Position numbers and translations under genes: made by a program. Of a stretch of DNA of 64,000 nucleotides, positions 58,001 through 64,000 are shown in pieces. Positions within the stretch are counted from its first letter, which is position 1, and the number at the start of each line of letters is the position of its first letter. Source of the stretch: Seison nebaliae (taxonomy: Eukaryota); assembly GCA_023231475.1 (NCBI GenBank), contig JALJEE010001258.1, positions 1 to 64,000 on the forward strand, in the 5' to 3' direction. A model generated the notes under the pieces. The model did not search any database, had not been told where the DNA came from, and saw only the letters and a program-made list of their open reading frames with translations.

Positions 58001-61000
58001 GTTAGGGAAGTGGCGAGAAGGGAATGTGTTAACATCCAATTTGTGAGATGAGCACAAACGAACAATAATAAAAATGGAAAAAATCGGATTGAGTTCGTTC
58101 GTTTCAATTTGGTTTGTCATCGTTTATGTTTCATTAAATACACTCTTGTTCTCCTCAGATATTTTTTCATTTTTTTCTTTTTTTCTCTTTTTTTTTTCCT
58201 TTTCGTTCCATCTAACGTCGTCATTACTCGTCGTTATTCCCAATTACTTTTCTCATATTTTCCTTCCATCACAATAAGACGATTCTTTATCATACATTTT
58301 ATTATTCACACTTCTCTCCTCACCAGTACGAGACACGAGCGGTACCGTTACTTTTTCGATTACCCAATCGGCATATCTCATTATCATACGCTCCCCCCAC
58401 TACTTAAGTTAGTTAGTTTCTGGTAATTTATTTTTAAATCTTTTTTTATGATTCTTATCTATCATTCTTCATCTCTCCGACTCATGTCATTACAGCGAAC
58501 ATCTTCTTATCAACTGATGGCGAGTTGTTACCTTGAGTGGGAGATATCTCACGAAATTGAGTCTTTATTCTCTTTATTAATTCTCCATTAATTCCAACGA
58601 ATGTGTAATCGGGAGAAGATCCGAAAATCTTTCAATCTATTCCTATTAATCTGAAAAAAGTGAATGTGACAATGTGCGCATGAAATGGAAAAATTAGAAA
58701 TTCCTTCTACCATTTCCCCACCTTTTCTCCCCAGTCACATGCTCTTCCAAGCTACGCCATTTCTTCTTTTCTAACATCTTGTCTCCTGATTATGTCCATA
58801 CGTTATTGACAGATGTGTGTAGTCGTTGCCTCTTCTACTTGGTGATGGTGGAGCGAATGTCGTTGTCTCTTCTACTTCTGATGGAGAATGTCGTTGTCAG
58901 TTTTGTTTTTGTTTCGGGAGGGGAGATGGGAGAAGCAGAAGATAAAATACATTTACAAATTAATTATCATCGTCCTTTCATTTGGGTGTAGAGTTAATTA
59001 ATTAATTCAAACCGAATGAACATTCGCGACCATCTTATGGAAAAGATGACAGATATTCTCCTCAATCGCTTTATTACTCTGCCATAATCTGCCCAGTCTC
59101 TTCAAATATCAGTGTCTCTCCAATTAAATGAGACAATTGTATGTTCTTCTTCCAAACGTCACTATCGTCATCCATGTCAACATGTACGACTTCGCTCCAA
59201 CACTTCATTCATTAGAGGAATCGAATAATTCTATGCAAATATTCTGCTCGTCCTCTCCCCACACACATTCCACTCTGTGACATATGTAGATAACAGTGTT
59301 TAATTCTTCTCTTCATTTTTTCATATTCGCACTACTGAAGGAAAACATCAACTCTTATCTACTTCATTCCCTCCCTTATTCGCTCATTGTTTCTTTTTCT
59401 TTTTGGGATATTCCTCCACACCTCAAACATGTGCACATTCAGTGCACATTATTTTTCTCTTGTCATTGTTGTCGTTCGTCTTCCCATTCTCTTTCGGAAG
59501 ACGGAGGAATATAATTGAAACATCTAATAAGGCTTCACCACATCATTCAACTTCTCCTCCCAATAATACCTTCTCGAATGGTCGGAGAAAATTTACTTTC
59601 TGGTGCTCCTACACAATTTTTCATACCCATCTAATATTCTTATCAATGCAATATAATTCCAATTATTTTTCTCTAATTTCTCATATCATACGACGGTTAA
59701 GAAATGATATTCTTCTCATTTCCATTCCTAAAGCACCATCTTCCAATACCATCACCAATACCATCACCAATACCGTCACTAATACCATCACATTCAAATG
59801 TCCATCCGTTCTCTTAATGATGATGATCATCATCATGATGATTGAGAGAAGAAACCTCTTAATAAAATTTATGTGATTTTGATTTGATGATTTGAATGAA
59901 TTCCAGGAAAATTGTCATGAGTCAATTATTCGGATTATGATTCCTGTGCGAAAGAACCGAAAGCACATTTTCAATTTGTTTCATGAAAAGCGAATGTAAT
60001 TTAAGGAAAGAATTTCTCCCATACTCGTTCGTTGTCTAATCGACTTCACTCAATCCGATTCTTCATATTCTATTTCATTCCATTTTATTTTCTCTTTTTT
60101 GGTATTTGCCTTTTTTGTTGTAATTTCCGCCCGCACACCTCTTTCACTCGTGTCCTTGATTTGGGAGAGAAGACAGATAATTTTATCCCAACTCATTGGC
60201 AGTTTGTTTGAAAATAATCGATTTTATCTAATTGTTTTTTTTTAATTTTCTTCCTCCTCTTCACCCCTGCAAATCAACCAACCAAACCAATACAGATAGA
60301 TAGATAGTCAGCTAGAGAGTTAGGTAGATATTGTGATCAAGACAATTGTTTGATCCCAACACTTTGGTATACATGAAATATTCGCCATCATATCTATAAG
60401 ATCAACCGACTCATTCTCATCAGCTACACAAAAAAACCTTAATTGAATTCATTCGAAAATTGAACATTTGACGGTCGAAAGGTAAATGTCGGCTGTGTCG
60501 AAAACCAGCCAAGATACCATTGGGACTGGCGGATCACGGAGACGTGATATCAAACTAACCGATTTCTACTTATGTAAAGCGTTGGGAGAAGGTTCGTTCG
60601 GCAAAGTCATTCTGGCTTACCATCGCCAAACGTTAAGGTTTTATGCAATTAAAGTGCTCAGCAAGAAACGGATTGTCAAATCGCGACAAATCGATCACAC
60701 CCTAAATGAACGTCGTTTACTCAATTACGTAAATCATCCATTCGTCGTTAAAATCAATTTCACTTTCAAAGACAATTCCAATCTGTATATCGCTTTGGAA
60801 TATTTGTCGGGAGGAGATCTATTCCATTATTTGCGGAAGGAGGTCCGATTCAAAGAGCAGAAATCTCGATTTTATGCGGCGCAAGTATTTCTCGCTTTCG
60901 ACTACCTTCATACACGCCACATCGTCTATCGGGATTTGAAGCCCGAAAATATCATGATCGATTCGGACGGATATTTGAAAATTGTCGATTTCGGTTTCGC

Positions 61001-64000
61001 CAAAGAAGTGCAGGGCAGAACGTGGACGTTGTGTGGAACGCCCGATTATTTAGCGCCGGAAATCATCCAGAATAAACCGTATAATAAAGCGGTGGATTGG
61101 TGGGCGTTCGGCATTCTCGTTTGGGAGATGTGTCAGGGCGAACCACCGTTCAGCGGTTCGAATCATATGGAATTGTATGAGAATATCGTCAAATGTGAGC
61201 CTCATTATCCCTCTCGCTTCTCGAGCGAATTGAAGGACTTGCTGAAGAACATTGTCATTGTCGATACAACGAAACGTTACGGTTGTCTTCGACGCGGCAG
61301 TGAAGACATCCGAGCACATGCCTGGTTCAAAGACGTCCATTGGAAGACGATTTATAATCGGCAGGAAAAGGCTCCTTATGTGCCGCGAATAAAATACAAG
61401 GCCGAACCCGATCTCTATAAGGGCCAAGAGATCACGCTGAGAATATCTGCTACCAATTTGTACGAAGACGAATTCAAAGATTTTTAAACGAATCCATCAA
61501 TTCCTCCAAAATCATCCCAGTGATTATATAGAAAAGGAATTCAAATTCATTTCATAAGAAAACCGTAAAAAATAGTAATCACCAGAAGATGAAAAATGAT
61601 GAAGAAAGACAAAAACTGAAACTGTCATCACAAAAAAATAATTGAACTTTCTAATTGTTTTAATGTTCCTCCCAAAAATGTGTTACTCTATAATGATGTC
61701 ACTCTTATTTTGATTATCATTTCTTTCTACATGTAAAAATATCGATAGCTTTCATTTCGTTCTCGTAAAAACACTTCTTCTTTTTCAAATAGTTTCTTTT
61801 CCTTCACACACACACACACACCACCACCACCACTTAACCAAATCCTTTCCATGTGGTCCTTTGAACATAATTCAAATTTCTTCACCATTACCATCACCAT
61901 TACCATCACGATCAACATTATGATAATCATCCATTTGACATCAGGTCGAAAATATATTTAATGAAATCATTGTCTTTCCGCCAATATCCATTCACGTCGG
62001 TTCGAAGTGTGTCCAATTTGGACGATTCGATTTCTATGAGAAATTCTCCCCATCTTTTTCACCGTCACTGGAAAGAAAGAGAGAGAGAGAGTGTTGGTGG
62101 CGAGTCGACTGAAATTGCCGAATTCCCTTCAAACCGATTACCCACCATAACAAAAAAAAACTTATTCTTCATAACCATTTTTCCAAATTGCGTTAATGTG
62201 CTCACAATATTCTTTCATCATATTATTATTCTCATTCTCCAAACCATCACCATTACCACCAATAACTACCACCACTTCATCTATGAACATGTGGGGATTG
62301 GTTCCATCCTTCCTCTTCTCCTCCTGCCCCCCTTCCCCTACTTAAAACACCATTCTTTCAATATTTGTAATAATATATATTTCTACGCGTAAATCTAAGT
62401 GAAATTTGTATCGTCTCATTCGTCTCATTCGTTAAGTGATGACGGTAAATGGGACAGATGAATAGGAATGATATATTACAAAAATCGATTGACCAAACCT
62501 TTCAACTTTTTGCTCAAATTATCAAATGAAAACTCTTTTATTTTCTTTGCTTAACTTATATTATACTCATTTATTATTATCTTCTTCTCCACGGGACGAA
62601 AACCAGACGAGATGAAACGATTCATTTCACTCTCAAGTTCCAATGTTGTACTTATTCACAATAACTTTTCCTCCTCCTAACAACTCCATTCGAGAAATCG
62701 ATTTCAAACGTATCATCTCAATGAAACACCCTTCATAGAATGGGAAAGGAATGATAATTTCTCTTCTATCCTTTCCCAATAGCCAAACAGAAGTGAATGA
62801 AATCATATCATTATGATTATGTCTACAACTGTTGCTCTTCATTCTTTCTCACACTTAGATTATAGACGGGAGACTTGAATATATGCATCCTATATACCTA
62901 TATATTTACGTTGACATCTATATCTATTTTAACATTTTACGAATTCTGGTCAAAAAATAAACGATTCTGTACCAAAACGAACAACAATTACTTTTCTTCG
63001 CTTTCTCTCGAATTCAGATAGAGAAAGTCGAATTCTTTTATAATTTATTAATAAATTTTTTAAAGATTTAATTCATTCGTATTATCATTTCCACACAATT
63101 TCAACACAATATTAACACAATATTAACACAATATTTATTCGATAAGAAACCATTTAAAAATTAACTAGATATGATAAGAGAAACAGATATAATAATTTCC
63201 AAATACTTTGCTAAGATTCAAATATCTCAAAAATTACAATTCAATTTTAATTCATTTAAAAAAAAATGAATTAAATTTAGCGAAAATTCTCATAAACTTA
63301 AGTCGAGTTCTATGGGAACTGTTGGAGAAAATATTACCAAAGAAATAAAATAAATAAATTTAGAGTTAAATAAAATCAAATATTCGGTGAATATAATAAT
63401 ATGAATATTTTATGGAAATTTAATGGAAAAACTTTTATTTTGTAGCAAATCGGAGATATGGAGAAGAAGCAGAATAAAGAGGAAGATATCAATATGGCAG
63501 GAACGGCGTTACAATACGGATGTGCTATTCAAGTTTAGTTAGATTAGATTGATGGAATAAATTTCAAATTATTTTCCAGTTATATCACGTGAAGAGTCAT
63601 CGATTTTTGACGATTCACAAGCATCTCTCAGCGCAACAAGAGAAGAATGCGATGAGAGTGACACTCGACCGATGTGGAAATGATGGGTCATGGGTTCGGA
63701 TAGAGCCCTATTTCAAAATCCGTCGATTTGGAGATTATGTGTTGGAGGGAGATCGAGTTCTTTTGCGACCGATGAACAGTTCTCAATCATTACATGTGAG
63801 TAAGAGAGAATCATTGACCGATCCATATTGTCATGAAGTGAATTGTTTCCCCGAGACGTCTCGATTAACCGATTGGAAGTTGAATGTTTTTATGAATTTT
63901 AAGGACAACATGTCGGACGTGTTGAAAGGAGGTAGTGTCGTTCGTTTGTTTCATGCGGAACAGGAGAAGTTTCTCACCTGTGGCAAATATAAGAAAGATG
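48217..64000 (+). CDS. ITPR: Inositol 1,4,5-trisphosphate receptor, 5' part (continues beyond the window)
   Basis: Not in the ORF track. Exons 48217-48314, 48361-48440, 48498-48670, 63446-63532, 63580->64000 join in frame: MSYTSNDNGFLHIGDIITLY..TMGIIDDR..FRDCLFRIC..YNAQKQYW..IRKLK|QIGDMEKKQN..LQYGCAIQ|LYHVKSHRFLTI..EKNAMRVTLDRCGNDGSW..LKGGSVVRLFHAEQEKFLTC, collinear with the IP3R suppressor/MIR domains. Confidence 0.93.
49009..50100 (+). CDS. Uncharacterised Ser-rich protein, ~347 aa, two exons, nested in ITPR intron 3
   Basis: Two long ORFs (49009-49515, 49564-50100) joined in frame by a 48-nt GTTCGT..TAG intron that contains a stop codon. No domain recognised. Confidence 0.65.
60486..61487 (+). 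CDS. PKA-C: cAMP-dependent protein kinase catalytic subunit (PKA-C-like), intronless, 333 aa, nested in ITPR intron 3
   Basis: LGEGSFGKV, YAIKVL, QIDHTLNERR, FKDNSNLY, RFYAAQV, YRDLKPEN, DFGFAKEVQGRTWTLCGTPDYLAPEII, YNKAVDWWA, C-terminal hydrophobic motif EFKDF. Confidence 0.93.
   Translation: MSAVSKTSQDTIGTGGSRRRDIKLTDFYLCKALGEGSFGKVILAYHRQTLRFYAIKVLSKKRIVKSRQIDHTLNERRLLNYVNHPFVVKINFTFKDNSNLYIALEYLSGGDLFHYLRKEVRFKEQKSRFYAAQVFLAFDYLHTRHIVYRDLKPENIMIDSDGYLKIVDFGFAKEVQGRTWTLCGTPDYLAPEIIQNKPYNKAVDWWAFGILVWEMCQGEPPFSGSNHMELYENIVKCEPHYPSRFSSELKDLLKNIVIVDTTKRYGCLRRGSEDIRAHAWFKDVHWKTIYNRQEKAPYVPRIKYKAEPDLYKGQEITLRISATNLYEDEFKDF

Noticed and set aside
50200..60400. Many 60-157 aa ORFs within the IP3R intron, and likewise in 2600-6500, 11670-16100 and 34100-37800
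   Set aside because: Low-complexity Phe/Ile/Leu-rich translations of AT-rich and microsatellite DNA, with no motifs or consistent exon structure.

Overview
AT-rich, gene-dense animal (invertebrate) genomic DNA in the standard genetic code, with poly-Asn/poly-Thr-rich proteins and mostly tiny introns (42-67 nt). The species cannot be determined from this window. Contents in order: two tandem tRNA-Glu genes (CTC, TTC); a decayed Tc1/IS630-like remnant; intronless RdgB/PITPNM; a ~2275-aa Ig/FN3/mucin-stalk single-pass receptor (16 exons); TBC1D20; a Ly6/three-finger protein; a dead hAT transposase beside a stranded clathrin heavy chain fragment; Cdc14; AMPK alpha; Snapin; a RAD51-paralog-like gene; a Tctex-1 protein; Spinster with two candidate last exons; and the 5' part of an IP3 receptor gene, absent from the ORF track. 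Its third intron is 14.8 kb and holds two same-strand nested genes, a Ser-rich orphan and an intronless PKA catalytic subunit. The strongest signal is splicing. Of 45 introns I placed by hand, 39 begin GTT and only 10 have G at +5, while textbook GTAAGT/GTGAGT sites inside conserved exons go unused. This suggests a rewired 5' splice-site code. All gene models are manual (reading frame plus recalled homolog sequences) and need RNA-seq confirmation.
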